From Candidatus Borrarchaeum weybense (lineage in GTDB: Archaea; Asgardarchaeota; Sifarchaeia; Borrarchaeales; Borrarchaeaceae): a DNA stretch of 64,000 nt. The notes under the pieces were generated by a model. It saw only the letters and a list, made by a program, of their open reading frames with translations, was not told the origin of the DNA and did not search any database. Of the stretch, positions 18,774-28,757 are shown piece by piece. A program made the translations under genes and the position numbers. The DNA lies in contig JAHQJS010000007.1 of the NCBI GenBank assembly GCA_019057385.1, positions 619,685 through 683,684 of the forward strand. The letters run 5' to 3'. How positions within the stretch are numbered: the stretch's first letter is position 1; every line of letters begins with the position of its first letter.

Positions 18774-19379
18774 TCACAGTTTTCTCAGGAAATATTCGTG
18801 GAACCGGGTATCAGTTGTTAGTTCTGGGTGGAAAACCGTACCAATCATATCACCTTTTTGAACTGCGGCAATTATTGTACCCAGTTTTCCAAGAACCTCA
18901 ACATCGGGACCCACCTCTAGAATAGTAGGCGCTCGTATGAATATAACCTGAAATGGTTCACGACCCAAGCAGGGGATTTCTAAATTAGCGCCAAAGGATT
19001 CCTTCTGTCTTCCAAAGGAGTTTCTTTCAACTGTAATATCCATCAAATCAAGAGTAGTAGCGTCAATTGTGTCCACAACACGATCATAAACTTTTCGGGC
19101 CATCATTATAAGCCCTGCACATGTTCCAAATATGGGCATACCCTGTTCTACTCGAACTTTGATTGCTTGCAAGGTTTTATGAAAAGTTGCCAGTTTTCCG
19201 ATAGTTGTACTCTCTCCGCCTGGGATAATAAGCCCATCAATGCATTTCACATCTTCAACCGTCTTAACCCATGTGAGTTTGCAGTTAAGCCCTATTCGTT
19301 TTGAAGCACGTTTGGTCATGAAAACATGTTCTTCGATAGCACCTTGGAAACCAAGGATGCCAATAGATAACCTATTCAT
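18774..19379 (-). CDS. pdxT: PLP synthase glutaminase subunit
   Basis: PGGESTT, GTCAG, FIRAP, FHPELT; ATGA overlap with the pdxS stop. Confidence 0.95.
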   Translation of the reverse strand: MNRLSIGILGFQGAIEEHVFMTKRASKRIGLNCKLTWVKTVEDVKCIDGLIIPGGESTTIGKLATFHKTLQAIKVRVEQGMPIFGTCAGLIMMARKVYDRVVDTIDATTLDLMDITVERNSFGRQKESFGANLEIPCLGREPFQVIFIRAPTILEVGPDVEVLGKLGTIIAAVQKGDMIGTVFHPELTTDTRFHEYFLRKL

Positions 19380-20341
19380 GTTGCCCCACGTTCCTGCATC
19401 CAAACTTTCAGGTGCTGGCTTTCCAATCCAACCATGGATTTCTTTTCATCTATCATTTTTTGAGCCTCAGCAACAGTAGATGGATCGTCAAAGAAGGTCG
19501 TTGCCAGAACGATTGCTTCCGCTCTGCTTGATGGATCTTCCGATTTGAAAATGCCCGAACCAACGAAAATGCCGTCACATCCTAGATTGATCATTAGCGC
19601 GGCATCCGCCGGAGTTGCTATGCCTCCAGCGGCAAAATTCACAACTGGCAGTCTGCCCAATCGCCCAGTCTCAGCTACTAGCTCATAGCAGGCCTTTAGA
19701 TCCCGAGCCATTCGGATCAGTTCCTGATGGTCTTCAGACTCATAACTTGCTTTTATTGCTCTTATTTCGTTATTGACGAGTCTAAGATGCTTTACTGCTT
19801 CTGCTACGTCACCTGTACCTGGTTCTCCCTTAGTTCTTATCATTGCTGCACCTTCTTCAACCCGTCGCAGCGCTTCTCCGAGGCTTCTGGCGCCATCGAC
19901 GAAGGGAGTTGTAAAGTCCCACTTCCAGATGTGACGGGTCTCATCAGCAGGTGTCAAAACCTCAGATTCGTCAATCATGTCGATGCCAACAGTTTCTAGA
20001 ATCTTTGCTTCACCTGAATGCCCAATTCGACATTTAGCCATAACAGGAATGGTTACATGATCTAATATCTCTTCGATCGCCTTAAGACTAGCAGTTCGTG
20101 CAATTCCGCCAGTTTTTCGGACATCATATGGAAGCCGATCCAAGACCATAACCGCAACTGCACCAGCATCTTCCGCGATCTGCGCTTGTTCCACATTCGT
20201 GACATCCATGATGACACCATGCTTCAACATACAGGCAAAACCACGTTTTACTAAGGTCGTACCACGAATAATTTCAAATTCCTCAAAAGTCTCACATCGT
20301 ATTCCCAATTGCTCGGAAACTGTGCTAACAAACGAGATCAT
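19376..20341 (-). CDS. pdxS: PLP synthase lyase subunit
   Basis: [47 protein letters not shown]. Confidence 0.97.
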   Translation of the reverse strand: MISFVSTVSEQLGIRCETFEEFEIIRGTTLVKRGFACMLKHGVIMDVTNVEQAQIAEDAGAVAVMVLDRLPYDVRKTGGIARTASLKAIEEILDHVTIPVMAKCRIGHSGEAKILETVGIDMIDESEVLTPADETRHIWKWDFTTPFVDGARSLGEALRRVEEGAAMIRTKGEPGTGDVAEAVKHLRLVNNEIRAIKASYESEDHQELIRMARDLKACYELVAETGRLGRLPVVNFAAGGIATPADAALMINLGCDGIFVGSGIFKSEDPSSRAEAIVLATTFFDDPSTVAEAQKMIDEKKSMVGLESQHLKVWMQERGAT

Positions 20342-20370
20342 ATTAACCCCGATTAAGAGGACTTGAAGAA

Positions 20371-20420
20371 GATATATATAAGTTAACCTCTAAATATAGG
20401 ATAGAACCTATATATAGATT
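20371..20420. promoter_or_regulatory. divergent promoter region with two near-palindromic candidate operator boxes
   Basis: TATA at 20371-20382; AACCTCTAAATATAGGAT at 20385-20402; AACCTATATATAGATT at 20405-20420 (14/16 palindrome). Confidence 0.45.
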
Positions 20421-20436
20421 AAAGGAAGGCGCGCCC

Positions 20437-21930
20437 ATGGTCCTAGAAAGCATGCTCAAGTGCACCCGCTGTGGAGAAAACTACAAGCAAGATAGATCCC
20501 TTCAACTATGTCAAAAATGCAAGGGCATATTGTACGTTAACTACGATTACGATTCAATTAGAAAAAAACTTACTCCACAGGACCTTCAGAAGCGTGGCCT
20601 AGGCATCTGGAAATATTCAGAAATCCTCCCCATCACAAGCCGATCAAACATAGTTTCTCTCGGAGAAGGAGGCACTTTTCTCCATAGGTGCGAAAGATTA
20701 GGCAAAAAGCTTGGCCTAACCAATCTCTTCATTAAAAATGAAACCACAAATCCTACGGGCTCCTTCATTGATCGAGGCACTGCAGTTGCGGTTTCCAAAG
20801 CTAAAGAATTTGGCGTTCGTGCCTTAGTCTGTGGCGTCACGGGCAACCTAGGTGCTTCTCTTGCAGCCTATGCCGCCAAAGCCGCGATGCGCTGTCTCGT
20901 TTATCTGTCAGGACCTATTGATCAAGGCAAACTTTATCAAATGATTGCCTTTGGAGCAACCATTAGACCTACCAAGACATCTGAAGAAGCCTTAGCAAAA
21001 GCACAAAGCATAGGGTCAAACACAATGACGGTCACACCAGCAGATCCTCTCTTTCTTGAAGGAGAAAAAACAACAGGTTTTGAAATCTGTGAACAGCTCG
21101 AATGGAAAGCACCAGATCGAATTATTGTGCCGATGGGCAATGGTGGACATCTCTCTATGATTTGGAAGGGACTTAAAGAGTTTGTCTCTTTGGGAATCCT
21201 AGAAGACCTCTCTACGACCATGATCGGTGTACAAGCTGCTGGATGTGCTCCAATAGTGCAGGCCTTTCAGAAGGGGTCAATGGAGGTATCACCATCCGAC
21301 AAAATCAACACGATAGTCAGAGATATATGCTTTAAAAATCCCTTGATGGGCGATTTAGCAGTCAAAACACTGCAAGAGTCAGAAGGGACTGCCTTGGCGG
21401 TTACTGACGAACAAATGCTGGATGCTGCACACCTTCTTGCTAAAACAGAAGGAATCTTCGCGGAACTTGCTGCCTCTTCAACCATTGCCTGTGCCAAACG
21501 ACTGGTGGAGCTGGGAAAAATTGATCCTAGCGACGTCGTTGTTTGTGTAATTACAGGAATGGGACTCAAGGATCCAATTGCCATGCAAAGATTCGTCAAG
21601 CGGGCCAAAAATTTAAAAGGATTAATCCATCCAAGTGCAGAAAGAACCTTCTCAACAAAGATAGGTGAAACAAAACAATTAATACTTGAAATCTTATCAC
21701 AGAGCGAACAATATGGCTATTTTATCTGGCGAGAACTCACCCAAAAATTTGATATCAAAATCAAAATCCCAACGGTATATCAGCATTTGGCAGATTTGGA
21801 AAAACTCGTTCTGATTAGACATACAAGAATAGCAACGATTTTTGGGAAGCCGGAAAGAAAGTATTATACTATCACAGATCGAGGTAAGGCTATGTTAAAT
21901 GCACTAAAGCAAATGAATGCGTCGATGTAG
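20437..21930 (+). CDS. threonine-synthase-like fold lacking the PLP lysine, fused to C-terminal PadR wHTH; putative vitamin B6-responsive regulator
   Basis: NPTGSFIDRG (canonical SFKDRG), VPMGNGG, ITGMGLKD; PadR ILEILSQSEQYGY..TVYQHL..LE..RKYYTITDRG. Confidence 0.8.
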   Translation: MVLESMLKCTRCGENYKQDRSLQLCQKCKGILYVNYDYDSIRKKLTPQDLQKRGLGIWKYSEILPITSRSNIVSLGEGGTFLHRCERLGKKLGLTNLFIKNETTNPTGSFIDRGTAVAVSKAKEFGVRALVCGVTGNLGASLAAYAAKAAMRCLVYLSGPIDQGKLYQMIAFGATIRPTKTSEEALAKAQSIGSNTMTVTPADPLFLEGEKTTGFEICEQLEWKAPDRIIVPMGNGGHLSMIWKGLKEFVSLGILEDLSTTMIGVQAAGCAPIVQAFQKGSMEVSPSDKINTIVRDICFKNPLMGDLAVKTLQESEGTALAVTDEQMLDAAHLLAKTEGIFAELAASSTIACAKRLVELGKIDPSDVVVCVITGMGLKDPIAMQRFVKRAKNLKGLIHPSAERTFSTKIGETKQLILEILSQSEQYGYFIWRELTQKFDIKIKIPTVYQHLADLEKLVLIRHTRIATIFGKPERKYYTITDRGKAMLNALKQMNASM

Positions 21931-22097
21931 GAAATATTGGCTTATGTCATTTAATCCTTAAAAACATATTAAAAAATAAAGGGAATGGGATTCGATGCAT
22001 GATCGGCGTCTTGTCTTAACAGTTAAGGGAAGAATAATTCAATTATTGACCCTAGATAAAGCTGCTTGAGCTGTATGAGTATGTCAGAGCCTCTTTA

Positions 22098-22955
22098 CTA
22101 AGATATAACTTCTAAACTCATATTAAGTGATGTGTAGGAATGCGTAAGTACACCCATCGAAATTATGTCAACCCCAGTTTCAGCATATTCATCGAGATTT
22201 TCTAGCGTTATTCCTCCTGAAACTTCCAAAATGACATTCTTCCGAAATCCTTTCTTAATTAATAATTCAATAGCTTGCTTTACTTCCGAAACACTCATGT
22301 TATCTAGCATGACTATGTCGGCCCCAGCTTCAACGATCTTTACGATATCAGCAGGTGTAGTAATTTCAACCTCTATTTTCTTCGAAAAACTGGTCTTTTG
22401 TTTTGCAAGTCTAACAGCCTGTTCAACATCCCCAACCAAAGCAATATGATTGTCCTTAATGAGTATCAGATCATCCAGTCTGAACCGATGCGTATCACCG
22501 CCACCAATCTCAACAGCTTTCTTTTCAAAATAACTAAACCCAGGCGTTGTTTTTCTTGTAGAGGCAATTCTAATAGAGTTGTTCAATTTCCTTGCGATGT
22601 TAAGTGCCAAAGAAGTTAATGTAGCTATTCCACTCATCCTCATTAAGAAATTTAACAAGGTACGCTCACAGTTTAGAATAGATTGTGCTTGTCCTATAAA
22701 TGCTAGTAACGTATCTCCCCGGCCAATTTGTTCACCATCTTGTCGAATATAAAGAGGGTGTAAATCAAAGAGTTCTAAGATAACTTTTGCAATTTTGGCA
22801 CCGGCAAAGATGCCTTCCTCTTTTGTGGATACTTTCGCCTCCACTACCATATTTTCATTAATCAATGAGTTAGTGGTGATATCACCATAACCTAGATCAC
22901 TTTTCATTATCTCTTTTATGAAATCTCTCGTGAGAACTTCGTCCATCAAATGCAT
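22098..22955 (-). CDS. nadC: quinolinate phosphoribosyltransferase
   Basis: GDITT, TRKTTPG, HRFRL, IKDNH, MLDN, EVSGGI. Confidence 0.95.
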   Translation of the reverse strand: MHLMDEVLTRDFIKEIMKSDLGYGDITTNSLINENMVVEAKVSTKEEGIFAGAKIAKVILELFDLHPLYIRQDGEQIGRGDTLLAFIGQAQSILNCERTLLNFLMRMSGIATLTSLALNIARKLNNSIRIASTRKTTPGFSYFEKKAVEIGGGDTHRFRLDDLILIKDNHIALVGDVEQAVRLAKQKTSFSKKIEVEITTPADIVKIVEAGADIVMLDNMSVSEVKQAIELLIKKGFRKNVILEVSGGITLENLDEYAETGVDIISMGVLTHSYTSLNMSLEVIS

Positions 22956-23032
22956 CTCCCTAATAGGCGCATTAAAAATTCGTTAAAAATTGAAAGGCCT
23001 TTAAATGTATTAAAGGCAAAAGTAAATTGCCA

Positions 23033-23950
23033 TTATGAAAGTTGGACCATTTTTTTGATTCCACTTCTAGCCCTTTCTGCAATTTCATCAGGAACCATAC
23101 AAACATAATTCTTCTTTACGAGCACATCTCTTATCTTTTCAAGCGTGATTTTTTTCATATTATGACAGATAGCATCATTGAGAGCTGGAATGAAGGTTTT
23201 TCCTGGAATTTCTCGTCTCATTCGTTCGACTAGGCCTATCTCCGTCCCTACGATGATAACATCAGACGATGTCTTTTTACTCCATTCGAGCATTTGTTGC
23301 GTGCTTCCTACATGATCTGCTATTTTTTGCACTTCTGGATCGCATTCGGGATGAACAACAAGTTCAGCATTAGGATATTTGGTTTTTAGGGAATGAAGTG
23401 TTGTAGGATCAAACATTTTATGGACATAACAGTATCCATGCTCAGGAATAGGAATAAGTTCAAGTCCAGAATCCACTTGACGAGCAACATGCCATCCAAG
23501 ATTCCAATCTGGACCAAAAACTACCTTATCAGTTCCAAGCCTTCTTACAATCGTATCTGCATTCGAAGAAGTGCACATCACATCAGCTTCAGCCTTAGCT
23601 TCAGCGAGTGTATTCACGTACAAGACCACCGGAACTCCTGGATGTTTCCGCTTTGCTTCGATTACTGTGTTCTTCGGGCATTGAGCAGCCATAGGACACC
23701 TCGAAGAGGGATCCGGAATTAATACCATCTTATCTGGACTTAAGATAGCTGCTGATTCTACCATAAAATCAACTCCACAAAATACAATAATATCTGCATC
23801 TGTTTCACTTTGAGCTTTTCTGCACAAGGCTAAAGAATCCCCTAAGTAATCCGCTACTTCTTGGACTTCTGGCCTTTGATAATTATGCACTAACAGAATT
23901 GCATTTTCTTTCTCTTTTAATTTTAGAATCTCTTCTTGAAGTTGTTTCAT
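23033..23950 (-). CDS. nadA: quinolinate synthase
   Basis: HNYQ, GDSL, FCGVDFM, CPMA, YVNT, HPEC, CHNMK; GAGGTGA SD before 23950. Confidence 0.95.
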   Translation of the reverse strand: MKQLQEEILKLKEKENAILLVHNYQRPEVQEVADYLGDSLALCRKAQSETDADIIVFCGVDFMVESAAILSPDKMVLIPDPSSRCPMAAQCPKNTVIEAKRKHPGVPVVLYVNTLAEAKAEADVMCTSSNADTIVRRLGTDKVVFGPDWNLGWHVARQVDSGLELIPIPEHGYCYVHKMFDPTTLHSLKTKYPNAELVVHPECDPEVQKIADHVGSTQQMLEWSKKTSSDVIIVGTEIGLVERMRREIPGKTFIPALNDAICHNMKKITLEKIRDVLVKKNYVCMVPDEIAERARSGIKKMVQLS

Positions 23951-23960
23951 AAATTCACCT

Positions 23961-24791
23961 CTATGCGCCAATACAAACATGTGTGGAGATATTTTTCAGA
24001 GTTCTAACCGCACTCAAAGCTGCAAGATAACTCGTTTTTGGATTCTCAGGACAAGGAATATTCTCAGATCTCGTTATAGCTTCACCAAAATCGCCTTTGA
24101 TATGTATTTCATGTATATTTTCTGCAATTGTCGGATCAGCAATGACCTTGACAATAGTTCTATCAGCACCAATGCCAGCTAAACTTAATATCATTGAAAC
24201 ATTGACAGATTTGGGAAAATTCTTGGCAGCATCTCTTGCAGTACCTTCGTAAAGAGTAATAGGTTCACTAAGTTCATTGAGTGAAATTTTGTTATCGAGA
24301 ACATACTTTGAGGTTTCTAATGTACGAACAGGTTTTCTGGTAATCAAATTAACAGAAGTCAGAGTGCCAATTGCAGCACTTTTAACACCATCAAGACCGA
24401 GTATTGCGCCAGAAGGAATATAGATCTTCCTATGATTCATATTAGCTAATTTTTGAATTTTTGAGAATAACAAATCGTCAGAGAAAGCTCCTACACTCAA
24501 TACCATTAAATCCTTTTTGAAACGAATAACTTCTACAGCATATTCTCTAACAGCCTCTTGTGATGCTGCTTCCACAACAAGAGTGACCTCCGGATCGTGA
24601 ATAAGTTCAGAAAAAGTATTGTATATTTTAAATGGAGTTTTGAGAATTTTAGCGAAATAATTGGCTTTTTCTTGTATTATATCAAAGACACCTACTATGC
24701 GAATACCTTCGCCAGCTGAACCCCTCTCTATAGATTGAGTTATTACTTGTCCAATAGCTCCACATCCAATTATTGCAACATTAAGACTCAT
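23961..24791 (-). CDS. nadX: L-aspartate dehydrogenase
   Basis: IIGCGAIG, EAAS, PSGAILGLD, FPKSVNV, NPKTSYLA. Confidence 0.93.
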   Translation of the reverse strand: MSLNVAIIGCGAIGQVITQSIERGSAGEGIRIVGVFDIIQEKANYFAKILKTPFKIYNTFSELIHDPEVTLVVEAASQEAVREYAVEVIRFKKDLMVLSVGAFSDDLLFSKIQKLANMNHRKIYIPSGAILGLDGVKSAAIGTLTSVNLITRKPVRTLETSKYVLDNKISLNELSEPITLYEGTARDAAKNFPKSVNVSMILSLAGIGADRTIVKVIADPTIAENIHEIHIKGDFGEAITRSENIPCPENPKTSYLAALSAVRTLKNISTHVCIGA

Positions 24792-25039
24792 TGATGATCT
24801 CCCTTACATTCCCGTTAGTGATTAATCGGCTAAAATCGATGCTAAAATTGCAATCAGTTCGTTTGATTCATTTCGCAAACAACCATCTGAAGTAAAGGTG
24901 AGGAAATTTACTTAAAGACATGTATATATATTTTATGGATAACTTAAAAATATATATCAAAAGAATAAAATTTAAAAAACTGAATAGTTATACTGTTATT
25001 TAAATAAATTAACTGATATAAAATATTGGAGTCAACCAG

Positions 25040-26176
25040 ATGGATCCCAATATCCATAACAAGCGTCAATACAAATCTGCAGGCAAAAGAGATGCTAAGA
25101 AAGAAATTCTAGACCTTTTAACTGCTGTAGGAGAAGAGGGCATTTTTCAAGCAGAACTCCCAACAAAACTCACCTTGTCAACTACTTATATCTCTATGCT
25201 TCTTAAAGAATTAGAAAAAGAGAGCAGAATTATAAAAAGAAAAGAAATCGGGAAAGTTAACCGAATATGGCTTTTTAATAACGCACCAAAAGAGGAATCT
25301 GTAAGAGAGCTAGATAAGAAAACACATCTTTATCCAGTTTACTTAGGATTTGTTCCTGCAGCAGAATATGCAGCCCTATTTTTTGCAGAAAAAACTATTT
25401 TTAAGAAATATAACATCAATTTAAAGCTAATTCAGTTTCAAAATGTCGAAGATGCTACCTTAGCTCTGGGTAAAGGCATCTTGGATCTGTGTGTGACGCC
25501 AGTTATCACGCAAATCGCGGTAGCGCTACGAACTGGCTCTTTAAAAATCATCGCTGGCGCTGGTCGAGAAGGCAGTGCTATTGTGATAAGAAATGATTTG
25601 TTTTGCAAAAGTATTTGCAATGTAGATGATTTGAAAGATAAAAGAATAGGCTCATCTAAACTATCTGCAATGGAAATGAATCTAAGAACGATTTTAGAAA
25701 ACAATGGACTAGATTCTTATGCAGACTGTAAAATAATCTTTTATAATTCGCCTGACGTCATGTATCATGCTCTTAAAACTGGAAAAATAGATGCGGTCTC
25801 TATCTGGGAGCCTTACATCACTAAATTAGAATTAGAAAACCTAGGTAAAGTCTTATTGTGGTACTCCGAATCTTTTCCTGAACTTCCATGTTGCACACTT
25901 GCGGCTAATGCTAATTTTCTGGAAGGTAATGCATGGTTGATTGACAAATTCATGAATGGGTATTTTGAAGCCTTCGAACAGATTGCCAAAAAGCGTGATA
26001 TGGCGATCCAATGCGTTGCAAATAAACTAAAAATAAATGATAGACTGGTTAGGAAGGGTTATGATCATTTCATTTATAGTCCATTTATCTCTGAAAAGGA
26101 TATTAATGCCGTCGTAAGATGTTATCGTTTACGATTAACTGACGAAAGAGAAATTCGAAAGATTTTAGCTTTCTAG
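25040..26176 (+). CDS. wHTH fused to SsuA/THI5(NMT1)-like ligand-binding domain; putative NAD regulon regulator
   Basis: N-terminal GIFQAEL..LSTTYISMLLKELEKE..NRIWL; PBP2 motifs LKDKRIG, GKIDAVSIWEPY, PCCTL; no signal peptide. Confidence 0.8.
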   Translation: MDPNIHNKRQYKSAGKRDAKKEILDLLTAVGEEGIFQAELPTKLTLSTTYISMLLKELEKESRIIKRKEIGKVNRIWLFNNAPKEESVRELDKKTHLYPVYLGFVPAAEYAALFFAEKTIFKKYNINLKLIQFQNVEDATLALGKGILDLCVTPVITQIAVALRTGSLKIIAGAGREGSAIVIRNDLFCKSICNVDDLKDKRIGSSKLSAMEMNLRTILENNGLDSYADCKIIFYNSPDVMYHALKTGKIDAVSIWEPYITKLELENLGKVLLWYSESFPELPCCTLAANANFLEGNAWLIDKFMNGYFEAFEQIAKKRDMAIQCVANKLKINDRLVRKGYDHFIYSPFISEKDINAVVRCYRLRLTDEREIRKILAF

Positions 26177-26553
26177 ATCTTCTATAACCATCGAAAAACT
26201 TATTTCTTTTTAAAAACGATTCTAACTGAGATTTCTCAAGCCAGATTATGGACACTCCGTAATACATAATATATTATTATTACCGTTAGTTCTGCTCTTT
26301 TGACAAATTTAAGACACCAAAATGAAATCAGGATGTTATTTGAACATATGTTCTAAATTTCGTACGGAAAAAACTATTGACACTACAACAATTGGTTTTT
26401 GATTGGTATAATGGGTTTAGTTATTCCTATTTTCCGTTGTTTTTATATGTGAAATGCGCAAATAGTCATACTAAATTAATCGAATTAATAGGTATTTGAC
26501 AAAAAATCATCACGAAGTTGAGGAATCAAAAAAAAACAAAGGAAGTTCTTCCT

Positions 26554-27492
26554 ATGCAAAAATTGAAACTCCGAGAAGCAGACAAACTGGAAGTCACGAT
26601 TTTAGAGGATAATTATACAGATCTTCTCTTGCTTCAGAGCACAGATGTACTCAAACGACCTCGAATTCCACCTCCGAATTCACTTCTAGCCGCACATGGT
26701 TTGTCATGTCTCATCAAAGTCTATGCGGATTCGGAGATACATACCGTTTTAATGGACGCAGGCATATCAGAAACTAGTCTCCTCCACAATATGGCCATTT
26801 TAGGTATAGATCCAACAAAAATTGAGGCCATAGTTTTAAGTCATGGTCATTTTGACCATTTTGGAGGTCTGGTGGGAGTTCTAAAGAGGACTAAGCAGGA
26901 AATACCGCTTGTTCTTCATCCAGAGGCTTTCCTCCAGCGCCGTCTTAATATCCCCCGTAGAGAAAAACCGGTGAACATGCCAACATTAAGCGAACAAACT
27001 TTGAAGGAGGCTGGAGCATCACTTAACAAATCGAAGAAACCTTCCACAGTAGCATCAGATCTTATCTTAATATCGGGAGAAGTGGAACGAGTGACGGATT
27101 TTGAGAAAGGTTTTCCTTGGGCTGAAGCGAAAATTGAAGATAGCTGGATTGTAGACCCTTTCAATGATGATCAAGGGATAGCAGTTAACATCAAGGATCG
27201 TGGACTGGTAGTTATCGGTGGGTGCTCTCACGCTGGAATCATAAATACAGTCAAGTATCTCAAGAAAATTTCTCAGACGGATAGTATTCATGCAGTTTTA
27301 GGCGGATTTCATCTTACAGGACCGGCGTTTGAGTCAGTCATTGCGCCAACGATTAAGGAAATGAAGAGTATAGGTCCTGATTTTGTAGTTCCTATGCATT
27401 GCACCGGATGGAAAGCTATCAACCAGTTCGCCAAGGAGATGCCTGGCGAATTCTTTCTTAATACTGTGGGAACAACTTATGTGTTTCAATAA
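26554..27492 (+). CDS. MBL-fold metallo-hydrolase (COG1237-like)
   Basis: HGLS, LSHGHFDHFGG, GCSHAG, GGFHL, PMHCTG. Confidence 0.85.
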   Translation: MQKLKLREADKLEVTILEDNYTDLLLLQSTDVLKRPRIPPPNSLLAAHGLSCLIKVYADSEIHTVLMDAGISETSLLHNMAILGIDPTKIEAIVLSHGHFDHFGGLVGVLKRTKQEIPLVLHPEAFLQRRLNIPRREKPVNMPTLSEQTLKEAGASLNKSKKPSTVASDLILISGEVERVTDFEKGFPWAEAKIEDSWIVDPFNDDQGIAVNIKDRGLVVIGGCSHAGIINTVKYLKKISQTDSIHAVLGGFHLTGPAFESVIAPTIKEMKSIGPDFVVPMHCTGWKAINQFAKEMPGEFFLNTVGTTYVFQ

Positions 27493-27661
27493 TTAAGGAG
27501 CTCTGTAACTTTCAACCATGAGATATAAGCTTTTTTATAGATTTGTTGGCGAGAAGACCACCCAACAAGTTGGGGGGGATTTTAGCTTTGAAACAGCCTT
27601 ATCTCTTCATTTCTAGAAAAGCTATAATGAATTGAAGGCAGCGGATAACAATCACACTTTC

Positions 27662-28540
27662 TTAAGTTCTAATACTTAACAGCCAGAAATAACCATTCCC
27701 AGCTTTTTTTCTCACCACGCTACCCTCAGACTCAAGAATTTTCAACATCTCTTCGGCTTGTTGGCTCGTTAAATCGAAGGCTTCAGCTACTTCTTTGGTA
27801 GCCACTTTGTTATATTTATGAACGAAAACTAAAATGTTTTCACTGGTCGCTTCAGGCATCTTCTTGACTAACTCGTCTCCTGCCAGATCGTTAAAAATTC
27901 TTTCAAAAAATTCAAAGCTCCTATATCCGCTCAGAAGCACTCGTTTTCCCTGTCTGTTCGTAATGATAAAAGTTGGGTACGCTTTGCTACCTGAGGCTCT
28001 AAACTCCTCAAGATCTTCGTAAAAGGCCTGTTCAGCTGAGCTGTTTTCAAGAGCATTGATGAACTTCTCTGAATCTAAGCCTACTTTTTTTGCCAACTCA
28101 ACCTGTACCTCTCTCTTATGTATAAATCTACGTTCAGCTGATGCTGCTTCCCTCATTCTCCTTAGAAATCTATCGGCTAATTCTGGGTCCTGCATTTGCG
28201 CAGCCTTATAAGCTATGTTGGCGGGGTATGTGGAGTGGAATTCTCCTTGCAGATCTTGCCAAACTTGAACATCCACAGGCATGCCATGTCTCTCAGAAGC
28301 ATCTAACCAGTGTTGTGGAACCTGTTCTAACCACTGTGTTGTAATTTCTTCATCGAGGTCTTCAACGAGCCCACCTGCTTTGAAAAGTATCTTAACTTGG
28401 TCTCCGTAGACTTCTTTGATCTTCCTAAGGATAGGCTCAGTTCCCCAACACCACGTGCAGTAGGGATCCTGAAACTCTAGCAACTCAATAATATGGCGTG
28501 ACACGTGAATACCTTCGTTAGCATCTATAACGCAAGTCAA
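27662..28540 (-). CDS. DsbA/YjbH(SpxH)-like thioredoxin-fold protein
   Basis: DPYCTWCW, STYPA, YPT, C-terminal wHTH. Confidence 0.8.
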   Translation of the reverse strand: MTCVIDANEGIHVSRHIIELLEFQDPYCTWCWGTEPILRKIKEVYGDQVKILFKAGGLVEDLDEEITTQWLEQVPQHWLDASERHGMPVDVQVWQDLQGEFHSTYPANIAYKAAQMQDPELADRFLRRMREAASAERRFIHKREVQVELAKKVGLDSEKFINALENSSAEQAFYEDLEEFRASGSKAYPTFIITNRQGKRVLLSGYRSFEFFERIFNDLAGDELVKKMPEATSENILVFVHKYNKVATKEVAEAFDLTSQQAEEMLKILESEGSVVRKKAGNGYFWLLSIRT

Positions 28541-28757
28541 GGGTTCATAGTTTGAGCGATTATATTTCTATTGATAGAGGTGTGTTCTGGATGGGTGACT
28601 ACTCACAATTTTTTGGATGGAGCTTCTTACTTTGCCTAATTCAAATTGAGTTATTGCCTGTATACATATGGCCGCTGCTCGCATCAATCGTTAAAATATA
28701 TTCCAGAAAATTAAATAAAACTTTGATAAGTTTAGAGACTCCTTTACAGTTAGGAGG

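Noticed and set aside
20437-21930. Annotation as functional thrC
   Set aside because: The catalytic lysine is absent and a PadR domain is fused.
21981-21995. TCGAATCCCATTCCC on the minus strand, like a tRNA T-arm or att site
   Set aside because: No GGT before it, no cloverleaf and no second copy.
25040-26176. ABC transporter substrate-binding protein
   Set aside because: No signal peptide or permease; N-terminal wHTH present.
27551-27585. Hairpin CCACCCAAC-AA-GTTGGGGGG as an IS end
   Set aside because: Lacks the terminal motif; equally consistent with a terminator between convergent genes.
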